Position numbers and translations under genes: made by a program. Below, piece by piece: positions 45,111-59,037 of a stretch of 64,000 nucleotides of DNA (the first letter of the stretch is position 1; the number at the start of each line of letters is the position of its first letter). Where the stretch lies: NCBI GenBank assembly GCA_964016885.1, contig OZ024744.1, positions 80,290,001 to 80,354,000 of the forward strand. Reading direction: 5' to 3'. A model generated the notes under the pieces. That model was not told the DNA's origin, searched no databases, and saw only the letters and a program-made list of their open reading frames with translations. The stretch comes from Eledone cirrhosa (Eukaryota).

Positions 45111-48100
45111 ATCATCATCATCATCATCATCATCATCGTTTAACGTCCATCTTCCACGCTTGCATGGGTTTGGACAGGAGTTTTCCCACTTGAGGCAAGA
45201 GTGGTTCTCTTGCTCGCATAGGACTGTCTGGCGGGTTTTCTACGGCTGGATGCCCTTCCTAACACCAACCACATTTACAGTGTGGGGCTGGGAGGTTTTT
45301 ACCGTGTTACCTACACGGCCACATTACAGCGTGGACTGTGAGTTTTTTTGTCGTGACACCTCCACGCCCTCATTTGTTTCGGCCTGGATGTTGTGGTACC
45401 AACATAACTTTACATTGAAGGGGTAGTGTGCATGGGGTGGGGGGTAGTGGGACGGGGGTGTATTTTTGTTAGAGGTGCCTACTGACTGTAATAGGTTTCG
45501 CTTTGTACTTAGGCAAGGCGGGTTTTCTGTATTACTGTGTAGCGCCAAAGATCTCGGTCCAGTGACATTGTCTTGGAGAGGTGTAAGTGTGTGAGGTCGG
45601 AATTTATCAAGTCGTCCCAGGTTTTTCTGGGTCTGCCTACTCCGTAGCTACCGTCTATTTTTATTGCCCTGCACTTTTTTATACAGCTGTTGTCTTTCAT
45701 GCGCATCACGTGACCATACCAACGTAGTCTTCTCTTGAGTAAACAACATCTGATCCCTCTTATTTCTAATTTTTCCCTTAGTTCGTTTATGCTTTGCCGT
45801 TCACGTATATTACTATTACACATCCAGCGGAGCATGCAAGCTTCGTTCCTCTCCAGTCTGCGTATATCCTCTGCACACAATGCCCAGGTCTCACTGCCAT
45901 GTAACATTGCTGTTCGTATGCAGGCATCATACAGCCTGCCTTTCATTTTTAGAGAGAACCCTTTAGCGGCTAATAGTGGTATAAGCTTTCTGAACTTTTT
46001 CCATCCAGTTCTGACTCTAGCTACTGTACTTTCAGAGAACCCTCCACCACTGTTGATTTTGTCACCCAAGTAACGGAAGGTGTCCACTATTTCTATAGAA
46101 CCATCTGTGCAATGGAATGAGCTAGTATTCTGTGGGCACTTGCTGCTACTTATTGCACCAGAGCACCGGCCACATATAAAATCTATATTCTTAGTTAGTT
46201 TACCTGTGATCCCACTACATCTTTTATGCACCCATACTTTGCATTTGGGACATAAAATGGAGTTTCTACCTACTCCTTTCCTACACACTGAGCATGGCCA
46301 TTTCCCGGATGGAACCGGAGTCCTATTTTCCTTCCTACAAACTAGAACTTTAGTCTTAGACAGGTTAATTTTAAGGCCTTTTGATTCTAGGCCATGCTTC
46401 CGTGTTTGGAATTTCTTCTCTAGTTCAGCCATTGATTCAGCTATGAGCGTTAGATCATCTGCGTATAGGAGTTCCCATGGGCAGCTGGTCTTGAACTCCA
46501 CTGTTATAGCCTGAAGGGCAATAATAAATAGTAGGGGGCTAAGAACGGAGCCCTGATGAACACCAACTTTTACGCTAAACTCTTCACTATATTCGTTGTT
46601 AATTCTAACCTTGCTGACTGTTTCTTTATACATGGCTTGTATAGCTCTCACAAACCATTCACCAACACCTAGTTTTCTAAGAGCCCACCAGATAATGGAA
46701 CGGGGGACTCTGTCAAAGGCTTTCTCCAAGTCGACAAAAACTAAGTATAGGGGTTTACTTTTAGCTAGGTACTTCTCCTGTAGTTGTCGTACAATGAAAA
46801 GAGCGTCTGTGGTACTTTTACCTGACACAAACCCGAACTGCATTTCATCTAGATCAATTCGCTCTCTGATTAGTTGTGCTATTACTTTTTCTGTAATTCG
46901 ATTAATTTAATGCCTCTATAGTTACCCCTATCTAGGGCATCTCCTTTACCCTTGTAGCAGTTAATGATGATGCTGCTACGCCAGTCCTTCGGAACAACCC
47001 CATCCTGTATGACTTGGTTTACTATCCGGGTGACCATGGTGGGTCCCACTATTTCCGAAGGCCCAGCCCCCTTCATATCTTTGATTGCCTTACTTATTAT
47101 TCTACCTTCGACTAACACTGTTGGTCCCTCTATTGGATCAATGTGGGGGAGACTGTCTTTCTCCCATTTATTCTCCTCATTTAGTAGCCTTTCGTAGTGA
47201 CACTTCCAAGCTACCTTCTTATCAGCGTCAGTGATGGCAAGTACACCATCATCATTAAGGACACACTTCTCCCCGACAATATCACGGTTTTCTTTGACAC
47301 ATTGCCTAGCAATCCTGAACACCTCACATTTTTGGTCCTCGCGTTGTAGAACATGCTTGAACTTTCTTTCCTCTGCTTCCCTTCTTGCAAAGTACACTTA
47401 TCTCCTAGCTTCCCTCCTGGCCACTTGATAGTCTTCTCTACTTCCCCCATCCCGCCATACTTTCCAAGCCTGCTTTTTGGCCTTAATTGACTCCTCCACC
47501 TTACTGTTCCACCACCACGTTACTCTCCTCCTGTCTATAGGCCTGCTCCAGCCACAGACATCGTCTGCCGCCATCAGCAGGTTTGCTTTCAGGAATTCCC
47601 ACTGTTCCTCTATATTGTACGACTCTAATTGCTCTTCCTTACTGTCGAAAGCATCAAGTAATATGCTTTTAAATTTATTACTGCTTGTGGGGTCCTTTAG
47701 CTTCCATATTTTTGTCCTGAGGATAGTCCTCTTCTGTTGTCGAGTACGTCTCGTCCTGGCTATGAGGTCGCTAATTATCAGTCTATGTTGGGAGGTGCAT
47801 TCTTCATGGGGGAGGGATTTAGTGTTTACAACAGACACTCTGTCACGTTTTCTGGTAAGGATATAATCTACCTGGCTGGTATGTTCCTCTGATCTGAAGG
47901 TGATCAAGTGATTGTCTCGTTTTTTTAAGTTAGTGTTACTAGTTAAGTTATTTGCGTCACAGAATTCCAGGATTCTGGAGCCTTCCTCATTTCTAGTACC
48001 AAACCCATAGCCTCCATGGATTCCGTCATAGCCGTCACAATGTTGTCCAATGTGACTATTTAGGTCGCCAGCAATAATTATATAGTCACTGTCGGTTATT

Positions 48101-48700
48101 TGGGAGGTAGTGAGCATCAGTGACTCATAGAATCTGTCTTTTATAGTGCCAGGCAGTCCGGATTGGGGTGCGTACGCAGATATTACGGTCACAGTAGTTC
48201 TATTTAGAACAAGTCTTATTTTAATTATTCTGTCATTCACTCTATTTACGTCTATTATCTTATCCACCCATTTTTCTGCTAACATGATTCCTACCCCACC
48301 CAGCCCATTGTCATTTCCCACCCAGAAAAGCTTATAGCATCCTTTTTTACCCACAATGAATCTAACAGACCCGCTCCTCCACCTGGTCCGTTGGATACAG
48401 CAACATCAACCTCCTTACGTTCAAGCATTTCTACAACCTCGTTAGAGCGGCCTTTAAGGTGCCTACATTGAGGGTACCAACTCTGGAGTTTTGGATTGCG
48501 TTTGGTGGGTGAGGTTCGGGGAGGGGGGAGGGGGATGTGGTTGGGGTTATGTTGGCCATCCGCGGCCGCAACAAAGAGGAGGGGGCCCTGCCCCTTCGTC
48601 TGGCAGCATGAGGTGAATTTGTCGTTATCTTTGGCATTGTCTCCGAGTGTCCAGATTCTTCAGACTCTCCAGAAATTCCTTAGTCCATCCATCATATCGA
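45111..48700 (-). mobile_element. Near full-length degenerate RTE LINE (family 1): APE, RT and Cys-rich PHD-like insert
   Basis: GTLNVGTL, GDLN, VDYIL (APE); FVDLEKAFD, GVHQGSVLSP, YADD (RT); WPCSVC..CPKC..HKRC..CGRC; (GAT)n tail at 45111-45137. Confidence 0.95.
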
Positions 48701-48869
48701 AAAGCAACCAGGAGAAGTATATATATGTCCTGGGTATGACATTAAACTACATCCAGTGGCAAAGCTCCAGTTCGGGAGTTCAGGAGCCGTGGGGAATGTG
48801 GAGTTACCCCTTAGCTGTCTTAACTCCCAGGTCTGCTCAGGCCCGGAGTAGTAGTACCTGTTAGGGCCC

Positions 48870-51685
48870 CATTTATGGGTTAAATAATTACCTAATTCGA
48901 GTGGCGCCAGTAAGGTATTATCAGCCACTGAAATGGAGAGTCGATTTAACAGCACTAGGGTTAGAGCCCCTAATTACACTGTCAAGGAGCAGTCTAGACT
49001 CTGCTGGCTTAGAGCCACAGGGAGGGCCAGTGGATGATGGATCAGCTGTCTCTGAGACAAATATAAAGAATGCAGTTTTGTCCTGCAGAAGAGCCATTAA
49101 AATGGGCACTTTGAATGTGAGGACTGTTCGGACGTTGGAGAAGAGAGAGGAGTTGGGACATCTGTTCGAGGAGAGTGGTATACAGATACTTGCGATACAA
49201 GAACACAGGATCCTACACGATGAGCCCGTGAAGAGTGTGATGATTAGGAAGAGGAGAAAGCTCATTACCACATCGGCAGTGAAGAACACGACAAATGCTG
49301 CAGTAGGAGTAGGTTTTGTTTTCAGTGCAAAAACCAATCTATTGGTGAGGGAAATAATACCTGTTTCCCTGCAAGTGTTGAGGGTGACCTTCAATGGAAA
49401 CCAAAGACTAACAGTCATCTCAGCCTATAGTCCAATCGAGGGAGACAGTGATGTGAGTGCAGAGGAGTTCCATGAGGTGTGTAGAGCTGTCAACACCACA
49501 CAAGCTCACAATATCCTGCTTGTTTTGGGGGACTTCAATGCACATCTGAGTAAGGAGATCAGTGAAGATCCTTGCTGGTACTTCCATAACAACACCAACC
49601 GAAATGGAAGACTACTGAGAGACACACATTTGGAGGCGAACTTGATGACAACCAACCTAAGATTTAGGAAGAATCCGGGGAAGATGTGGACCTACATCTC
49701 AGATATGCACCTGTCCAAGTCCCAGGTTGATTTAATTCTGGTGAGGAAAATGTGGTAGAATAGTGTTCTGAACACAGAACCATGCAACTATTTCAGTACA
49801 CTGGGCAGTGACCACTGGCTTGGTATGAGTGAGGTCCGGGTGAGCTTAAGAAAGAGCAAGGCTCAGCCCCGGAGAGCAATCTATGACTGGGGAGCTTTCA
49901 AGGAAGATAATAAACTACAGGAGAGGTTCACAGTAGAAGTGAGGAACAGGTTCAGTGCTCTGTGTGAAGAGGCAGAGGAGAGAGAGATTGGATGGACTGA
50001 GGAGAGTGTGACGAGGAGGTATGGGTACTTCACCAATGCAGTGGCGGAAGCAAGTGAGACCCTGGTGCCGAGGAGAAAGAACAAAAGGAAGCATGTCAGC
50101 TCTGCAGACCCAAAAGTGTTTGCAGCCAGAGAACACCTGAAAGCTGCCAAGGACAAATTCTATGCTGATCCTACAGAGGAGAGGAAGGAGAATATGGAGG
50201 TGATGAGGGAAGAACCGCTTACACTGAAGCAAGAGAGGAGGCACTGATAGAGAAGATCAGAAGTGTGGAAAAAGCGGTTGACAGGTCTGGATGTAAGGAG
50301 AGCTGGATGATCATCAATGAGATCACAGGGAGGAAGGGAAGGTGTTTGAGTCAAATCCAGGGAACAGGGCCTGAGGATAGGAAGAGGAAATGGCTGCACC
50401 ATTTTAGGACCCTACCAGGACACTACCAGAACACTGGGGAAATCAGGCGGCTGTTTGAGGAACTGGATATTGAGACAAGACCCTTCACTAGAGAGAAGCT
50501 TCAGAGAGCCAAGGAGAAGATCAAGGAGGGCAAGGCTCATGGAGAAGATGGAGTGGCATCAGAGGTGATGAAGAGGTGTGATTTTGATGACATCATCCTG
50601 GAGTTCTGTAACCAAGCACTGGAGAATGGAGTTACCCCGAATCAATGGAGGATCAGTAACATCGTCCCAGTGCCAAAGAAGGCAGATCTCTCTAACACCA
50701 ACAACTACAGAGGGATCTCACTGACGTCACTTGTGACAAAGACACTCAACAGGATGATTCTTAACAGGATCCAGCCTGAGATGGAGAAGAAGCTCAGGGA
50801 CAACCAGAACAACTTCAGAGAGGGAAGATCAACCACCAGTCACATCCTGATGCTGAGGAGGATATTAGAGGGAACTAGAGCAAAATGCCTTCCTGCGGTC
50901 ATGGTTTTCATTGACTTTAGGAAGGCCTTTGATTCTGTGGACTGTCACTGCTTGATGAAGATCTTACAGGCTTATGGAATCCCCAAGAGGATAGTGGACC
51001 TGATATCACTGCTCTACACCAACACCAAATGGGATGACAGTTCTTTGAGATACTGGCTGGAGTGTTCCAGGGAGATACATTGGCTCCCTACCTTTTTATC
51101 ATCGCAGTGGACTATTGCTTTACTGTAACCCTGGCTCAGAGCAGGAGAGTTAAGGTGGAAAAGATATCGGATGCCGAATTTGCCGATGACATAGTTCTGG
51201 TGACAAACACAGTAAAGGGGGCAGGGGATTTCATAAAGACCTGAAGATCCGTCTTTTTGTTGCTGTAGTGGAGTGTGTGCTGCTGTATAGGTCTGAGACT
51301 TGGACACTGACCAAGAAAATCACTCAGATGGTGGATGGGTGCTACACGAGAATGCTGAGGATGGCTCTGAACCTTAATCAGTATACACTGAGGATGAAGA
51401 ACTCAGAGCTGTATGGGAGCCTCCCAAAAGTCAGTTCAAGAGTGGCAAAGAAGAGACTGAGGTTAGCTGGACATGCTCACCGACATCCAGAGTTGACACT
51501 GTACTCAGTGCTCCTGTGGGAGCCCCTGCATGGACACTGGAAGAGGAAGACCGAAGTTAACATATGTTGATGTCCTAAGGACAGATACTGGTCTCTTGGA
51601 GACGCAGGACATGGCAGCGATAATGAGGGACAGAGACCACTGGAGAGAACTCGTCTATGGATCTCGTGAATTTTACCCGCCCTAG
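48870..51685 (+). mobile_element. Near full-length degenerate RTE-type LINE (family 2), head-to-head with family 1
   Basis: GTLNVRT, QEH, GDFNA, QVDLIL (APE); FIDFRKAFD, QGDTLAP, FADD (RT); LLY.SETWTL..VLLWEP; internal deletions. Confidence 0.92.
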
Positions 51686-52009
51686 ACATATATATATATA
51701 TTTAATATAGAAAGGCTTCTACAGGACTAGAAATGTTTAATTCTGGAGAAATCGTCAGGGCTTCCTCGAATATATAGTTTTCTCGTCTGTGTGAATGAGG
51801 TGATTAATCTCATTCATTTGCATATGAAGCTGCATAATTTGGCTCAACTTGTAATAGAATGGAATTAGGATTTAGCTTCAGGCATAGCTGTATATAGAAA
51901 GTATTAAATGCTTATATAAAATTATAGATAAACCAGTAGTTGGGCATTTGAATTCACACCTGCAATATACCATTTTACTGTGCTAACCATTGCACAATCT
52001 GACATATAG

Positions 52010-52430
52010 CATCATCATCATCACCGTTTTACGTCTGTTCTTCCACGCTAGCATGGGTTAGATGGGTTGTCCTGTTGTGGGCAGTGTCTGGTCAGCTGAC
52101 CATGCCTTGCTCATACAGGAACTGATTTGGCTTGATTTTTACAGCTGGATGCCCTTCCTAACACCAACCTCATTTACAGTGAGTGCTGGGTGCTTTTTCG
52201 TGGCGCCTACACGTCCACTTTACAGTGTGGGCTGGGTGCTTTTTTGCCGTGGCACCTCCACAACCACCTTGCAGTGGGGGGTGTGGGGGCATATTGTCTA
52301 TATGCTTCAGCTTGTACCCATGGGAGGTCGGGTACTCTGTATTACTGCGTGACGCCAGAGGTCACGGTCGTGTGTCATTGCCTTTGAGAGGTGTAATTGG
52401 GTAAGGTCGGCTTTTATTACCTCATCCCAT
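52010..52430 (-). mobile_element. RTE family-1-related 3' fragment
   Basis: WDEVIKADL..RDLWR; 3' UTR like 45140-45500; (GAT)n tail. Confidence 0.85.
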
Positions 52431-55400
52431 ATATAAAATAAACATGAAACAATCACAAGGAAGAAAATCAAACTTTCCAGTTGTTGTCTATAAGTTGTTG
52501 TTCTACAACTACAACGGTACACGATGGGGCCCACCCACAGCCCCGGTGGACAGAATGGAGAAGGCGTTTCCCCAGAGGACGGCGAGGGAGACGCGCTGGA
52601 AGAGCCACTCCAACACATGGGGCTCACACCTGCGGCTGGCCAGCTCAGCGCCTATGGAGGTGAGTAAGGAGAGCGACCAGTATTTGAGGAGTTTGGCTCC
52701 CTCAACCTGACATGCAGCAGAACCTGAGTCAGTCGCAGACTGAACCAGGTAGCGGCTGCAGAAAGTGTCGGTGCAAGTGGCATCCCAGATGAGGTGTTTG
52801 CCACCGTGGAACGGGAAGATGGTCATGCCATCTGGCCTTTTTCCGTCCTCTCGATCCAGTCCCACCGGCTCGAGCTGGGAAGGGAAGCCTGCAGCGTCCA
52901 AACCATGCTTAATGACCTCGTTGAGAGCAGCATGGCGGGGAAGGCGGCTGGCACTGTGGCGACAGGAAAGCTGGTGGAGGCCGCAAGAGTCCACGGTGGA
53001 ACTGCAGCGACATTGGTATGGCTGGCAGATCCGGAGGCTGAGCCTCAGGGAAACGCCGATGCGCAGGCTATGGTTGTCTAGCCAGTGGAGAAGGAGGGCA
53101 GGGCATGGAGCCAGGCACCACTGGAGTTTGGAGGCCGCATGAAAACAAGCAAGGCAGTGCTGGTCGACCTGGTGCGTGAGCCTGTCTGAGGCCAGGCTGC
53201 ACTGGTTGGCATCCCAAGTGCGTTGGGGGGGACTTGACGTCAACGGGGGAAGAAGGAGGAGGGATCTACTGGGCTAAGTCCCAGCTGGTCCCATGTCTCA
53301 CAGGTGGCCTCACATTCCCTGAAGACAGAGGGTTCTGTTGTGTTTTGAAGAACCCTGCTGACGAGGACACGGCACAAGGTTACCGACAAAAGATACGCCG
53401 GCAAAGCTAGTGAGATCGGGGACTGGAGGCCAAGGCCGCCATACCTGACAGGTAAAGTGGCCTGTTGCCACCCTATGTCGTCAAACTTGACATTGCATAT
53501 CTCCTCGGCTGCTGCTCGGATACAAGTATCGAGGTCAACGAGGAGAGATGTCTGGGTGTATCACGGAGCGCTGCGGAGTGTATAGAGGAGCTTGGCATGG
53601 CGAAGCAGTTCCTCAGCAGAAAGAGAGCTGGGTGGCCATCAATCAAACCCAGTCGGCTCGTGAGAGTCTGGAGCTGTTGAAGCCTGGACCTGATGGTGGA
53701 GCGGATGGCTGGCGGGTGGATCGGTGACTCGAGGATGAGGACATCCTCTTTGGGGGTCACCTGAACCTGGCGGAGTATGGACCGCACGTCCAAGACGGAA
53801 GCTGCAAAGCTCTCATCATCGAGGCTGACGTTCACCACCTCCGACTTGGCCAAGTTGACCTGGAGGCCGATTCCCGCCAGGGCAGCAACCACCGATTGAA
53901 GGTCATGGCAGACCGTCCGTACGGGCCCGCCCAACGTAGCATCATCCAGATACCAAACATTGAGAGGAGCCGTGATACTCCGGGTGATGTGGTCAATACC
54001 AAGGGCGAACAGGAGGGATCTCAAAGGGTTTGACTCAGAAGGCAGCGCCCGGCCTTAGCAGAGAGGGGGGATATCAACTCCATGAGGTGGTCTGGTCGGA
54101 GACCATCAACACCTCCGCAGCTGCTAGCTGGGAAGGACCTGATGGCGGACATGATGTCTGCATCAGAAGCCACAAGAAGCAAGTGGGGGTCAGGTGGGGG
54201 TATGGGTCTGAGATCAGTGGGTGGTTCAGGGTGTTTGAGTCGTACGGCAGCCTCCTCGGTGGGTTGGAGGACAGTGTCCTCTGAGGCAACAACTCTGACT
54301 GCGGCTGACACATCACCCATGATAAGCTTGGCGTTTACCTGGTCACGCAAACGCTTGGCACTGGCTTCGGGGGTGGAGGATAGGGGGTACCTGATGGTGG
54401 GGTGTGTGGGCACGCTTGGAATGGGCGCTCGCCCAAAGGACGAGACATTATTGGCCTTGACGAAGGCTGTTGTTGACTGGCCGCTCCGGTCAGCGCCAGA
54501 GCTGGGGAGGCCGAGGGCGAGTGGGGCGAAATAGAACAGCCGTTCGCAGTGACTGGCTCGATTGGAGTCCAGTGCGCTCTCAATCGAGGAAGCGAGGGCA
54601 TCGGCTACCAGCACCCATGCCGCTCTCGGGGTCCTGAGTGGGATCTTCCGGAGCCGCCTGAGCCGAGCAATGTTGACCAGCGAGGCTTGGGCGCCAGGCA
54701 AGCTCGCTGTCCCTGCTGGTGGTGTACCAGACGGCCGTGGCTGGGAAGACGTGGAGAAGAGGCAGCTCCTGCATCTCCACGCTGCGAGGGCATTGGAAGC
54801 TCGATGAGTCAAGACAACGCAGGTGAGGTCTTGGAAGCAGCCGCACCCCAAACAGTTCCGGCCCCTCTTCTGTTTGTTAGTGGTGCTGCAAGTGCTGCAG
54901 GTGTTGGCTTGGAGGGATGGGGGATGGGGTGTGACGCCGGGGACTAGGGCACTGAGCGACATCAGGGGTGGGTAGCTGGTGTGTGAGGGTGGAAGGGAAA
55001 GTGCTGGTAAGAGGGCCTCATAGCTCACCTATATATATAGAGGTGTCAGAAAACAAGAGAGAAAAGAAGGGGCTGCGTGGAAGGGGACACACAGGAAGGT
55101 AGAATGTTAGTAAATGAAAGAGCGAATGGATGAATGTACAAAAAAAAGGGGAGGGGAGAGAAAAAACACGGGGTTGTTCCCAGCGGAAAGATCCAGAGTT
55201 CAGCACGCACACATGCGAGCAACTTAGCAGTTTGTCATAGGACCTTGTGGCTGGAGTTGAGTCACTGATGCTGGGGTTGGCTTCCTCTTGTTAACGGTAG
55301 AGTTGTTGTTGTTAATGTCACTGTTGTTGTCGTTGCCTGCCTCTTGTTAATGGTGAAGATTGCTGGTGAGATGTTGATATATACACATTTGTGTTATTGA

Positions 55401-55780
55401 TGTTAATGTCACAGTTGTTGTCGTTGCCTTCCTCTTGTTAATGGTGGTGGAGATGAAACTCCTACCAAGTCGGGCGGCCAGGCAGTAGGCTGAGGCTCGA
55501 GTGCCTTCTTTTACCGAAGATGCGGGGTCGATGTTATTATCCTGTTGCTGTCGACTTCTTGACTGGAGATGCGGGTCAGTGGCTTTCGGCATCATTTGGC
55601 AGCACAACGGCAAATAAATATATTCTCTATTTTTTTTGGTCTTTTCTTTCTCTCTGTCTAATCCGATTCAAATTATTTGGCAGTGAATTGGTGGTCGGTT
55701 TTGTTTTGTAATGTTTTATGTTTCCATTTGTTTTTATTTATTTCTCTCGCTCTTCTCGTATGTTTCGGTGCGTTAAATTT
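52430..55780 (-). mobile_element. CRE-like non-LTR retrotransposon (PHD-like finger, internally deleted RT, restriction-like endonuclease)
   Basis: C-C..C-C..WRCRSC; GVDGLRPDHL; LLFALGI..WYLDD; CRC..H.LSC..RHAALN..KRPDG..WDATCTDT..QRVSLAV..GN; the 5' boundary is approximate. Confidence 0.8.
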
Positions 55781-55807
55781 GTGAGGTTCCTAGCAGTTAT
55801 TATTTGA

Positions 55808-55922
55808 GAGTTCAAATCTCGCCGAGGTTAACTTTGCCTTTCATCCTTATGGGGTCGATAAAATAAAGTACCAGTAATACACTAGGTATTTGCTGGCCTT
55901 GTGCCAAAAGTAGAAACAATTA
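55808..55922 (+). mobile_element. 5'-truncated SINE-A
   Basis: Similarity to SINE-A. Confidence 0.8.
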
Positions 55923-56198
55923 TTTGAGGTTATATATATAGGGCGGTTTATGTATATTAATATAAGTTTCACTTTATGAATTTCAGTTTAAAATCAATTA
56001 TAAGATAATCACCGACAGAGGGCTAATATTTATAATTTGGGGTTATTTTCCACAATAAAGTGAAACTTATATTAATATACATAATCTTTGGGTATTTTCA
56101 AAGAATTGGCATAACTAGCTCCCTGCCGGTCATTTCAATGCAGATATTGTTAAAGGTGAAATAACATAGTTCTAATTGATTTTAAACTGAAATTCTGA

Positions 56199-57168
56199 AT
56201 GGAGAAAATGCCTGGACGTCCACCTGCACCAATTTTCATTGTTGAAAATGTTAATTCATCACAGCAGACGTTAAATATGGATTTGAAAATGAGGGAACTG
56301 GCGATTTTAACTGTAAACAAACTCAGTATTATCGAATTTATGGCTCGGAACCGATTACTTTCAAACACTATGAACTGTCCTTCATGTAATATTTCCTGTT
56401 CGTTTGTAAGTTACAAAGAAGGAATCGACCAATTTCGATGGAAATGTAAGGTATGCAGTTTAAGAAAATCTGTCCGTTCTGGGTCATTTTTTTTTCGAGG
56501 CCACTTAGATTTACATCAAATGATTTATATGATTTACTTCTGGTCAATTGGGTTCGAAAATATTATTATTGCTGACGAGATTCGGTGTAGTGAAAACACC
56601 ATTATTGACTGGTGTAACTTTTTACGGGACGTGTGCAGTGAATGGGTGGATCGAAACCCATCAAAACTAGGTGGAATGGATGATGACGGAGTCCCAATAG
56701 TTGTACAAATCGATGAAAGTAAATACTTTCATCGAAAGTACGCTCGTGGGACCTGGCATGAAGGCCATTGGGTCATTGGTGGGATCGATACCAATAATCC
56801 CAGATCGCACTGCTGAGACCCTGCTACCCATTATACAAAACCATGTGCTGAGTGGATCCATCATACATACGGACCGATGGCGTGCGTACAATCCCATACG
56901 ACATATGCCTGTTTATTATCAGCACTCTACAGTGAATCATTCACTAAATTTTGTCGATCCGGTATCAGGAACGCATATCCAACATATTGAAGGACTCTGG
57001 TCTCATGCAAAAAAAAAAATAAAATAAAATAAACGGCACTAGCCGACCCATGTTTCAGTCATATTTGAATGAATTCATGTGGCGGTGGCGAAATGACAGC
57101 TTTATGAGTGGAGGCGGTAGATGTTTCCCAAAGATTTTAAACTGTATATCGGAACAATATATTGTTTA
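56199..57168 (+). mobile_element. Merlin/ISXO2-like (IS1595 family-related) DDE transposase, frameshifted
   Basis: CPSC..WKCKVC Zn ribbon; VQIDESKY..RKY.RG..WVIGG; DRTAETLLPII..IHTD.WRAY..VNHS.NFVDP.SG.H.Q.IEGLW; YLNEFMWR. Confidence 0.9.
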
Positions 57169-57371
57169 AAGAAATATTTTTTTTTTTTCATTGTTGCGAT
57201 ATACAGTTTAAAAGTCCAAAAAGATATAAATCTTTAAAAAAATTATAATAATTCTTTATTATTATTTTCTTTTTCTGTAAATAATTATTTTTCTATATAT
57301 CTCAAACACCACATCTGTCCATCTGTAAATTTAAATGACTGTTCTTTCATACTTATCCTCTTCAACTACAC

Positions 57372-57507
57372 ATGGATATTTGTCTTACTGTGGAGAAGGA
57401 ATTAGAAACAATTTTATCAAAATTCACTGCTATTCGGGAACATACAAAGCGAACTTTGGGTGACATACCAACTTCTGTTGATAATATAAGGAAAGAAATC
57501 AGTGAAG
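57372..57507 (+). other. RMND5: RMND5/Gid2-like first coding exon (isolated exon or captured fragment)
   Basis: MDICLTVEKELETILSKF.. resembles the RMND5 N-terminus MDQCVTVERELEKVLHKF (from memory); ends at phase-1 donor AAG|GTATTT. Confidence 0.6.
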
Positions 57508-57764
57508 GTATTTATTACATTTTGATTGCATTTTTATTACAACCACTAATACATACTATTATACCGAGGGGCCCTGCCCGTTCGGGAAAGGCTCTACAGA
57601 CACGGATTCCGGGACGGAAACCCCTTGGAAAAGAAATGTCCCAGATGCGTTTGCAACGAGGAAACTGTGGGGATATGTCGCCGGCCAACAAATGGTCCTC
57701 TTGGAGAAAAAGGCACTCAGTCCCAGCCAATTCCATGAAAGATGGGTGAAAGTAGCAATAATGG

Positions 57765-57955
57765 CCCGTGTACGTGGGCCATCTCTCTATATCGGCTTGT
57801 ACAGGTAAGAGAAGGGAGCACCCCCTCTCTAATAAAACGCAAAAAAAAAATAAAATAAATCTATATTTCCTCCCGTGTACGTGGGCCATCTCTCTATATC
57901 GGTAAGAGAAGAAGGGAGCACCCCATCTCTAATAAATCGCAAAAAAAAAAAAAAA
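57765..57955 (+). repeat. About 90-bp direct repeat pair ending in A-runs
   Basis: cccgtgtacgtgggccatctctctatatcgg..ctctaataaa.cgcaaaaaa twice. Confidence 0.8.
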
Positions 57956-58419
57956 ATCTTTATTTCTTTTAACGGCTAAAAGAAAGGGGGAATGTAAATT
58001 TGTTGGAATAGCCTCATACATTGAAGTAAGCAGCAACTGCAGCAAGTAAGCGGCCTAAATGCCGCTAAAATTGGATATCGCCCAGAAGACTAGTAATATT
58101 TTTTTAGTGATGTGGAGAAGAAGAAAGTCGCCCTAGTAGTTGACTGGTATTTTATTTTATCAACCTCGGAAAGATGAAAGGAAAAGTGGACCTCAGCTAG
58201 ATATAAACACGGAATGTATAGAGCCAGACAAAAAATACTGCAAATTATTTGTCCGACTTTCTAACGACATCAACAATACACGAAGCAGATTATTTCGTCA
58301 TATTACAAAAGAAATAAAAATGGAGTGGGGTAGTCATATTTTCACTACATTCCATAACAAATCAACTGGACAACAACTGTAAAAGAAAAGTTACTTTAAT
58401 TATGTAATGTTTCTTAATT

Positions 58420-58808
58420 ATTTATTTCTACTTTAGGCACAAGGCCAGCAATTAACCAGTGCATTACTGGTACTTTATTTTATCGACCCCGTAAGGATGA
58501 AAGGCAAAGTCAACCTCGGCAGGATTTGAACTCAGATCGTAAAGGGACGTAACTATGTTGGAAAGCATTGCGTCCGACCCTCTACTGATACTGCCAATCC
58601 ACCAATGTTTCTTAATTAATTGTTTCTACTTTTGGCACAAGGCCAGCAATTACCCAGTGCATTACTGGTACTTTATTTTATCGACCCCGTAAGGATGAAA
58701 GGCAAAGTTAACCTCGGCGGGATTTGAACTCAGAATGGCAAGGGCCGTAACTCTATGCATCAAAGCATGGCATCCAACCCTCTACCGATACTGCCAATTC
58801 ACCGCCCT
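58420..58808 (-). mobile_element. Two tandem SINE-A copies
   Basis: Similarity to SINE-A; flanked by tttcttaatta duplications. Confidence 0.85.
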
Positions 58809-59037
58809 TTCTTAATTAATATTACAAAATTAGATTAATTGTTGAAATGAATAAGTTTCATTAATGTTATAATTAACAGTTAGTGGTGTGGGTAGAAACG
58901 ATAATATTCTTCAAGAATATTTTATAAACTGTTTTTTAACAATCAACGTTTATTAAACTATCTTTATATCAATAACCGAAGAAATCATAAACCTTCAAAG
59001 ATGAATTTTTGCAAATTATGAATTAATAAGAAAGTAT

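Noticed and set aside
48720-48870. Structured segment between the head-to-head LINEs as an HDV-like ribozyme
   Set aside because: RTE leaders can carry HDV-like ribozymes, but I could not assign the nested double pseudoknot by eye
45735-50402. Antisense ORFs over the LINEs
   Set aside because: Shadow frames of RT and APE coding sequence
55941-58135. Merlin terminal inverted repeats (gggcg..cgccc)
   Set aside because: Only a few bases match and there is no 8-9 bp TSD, so element ends are not supported
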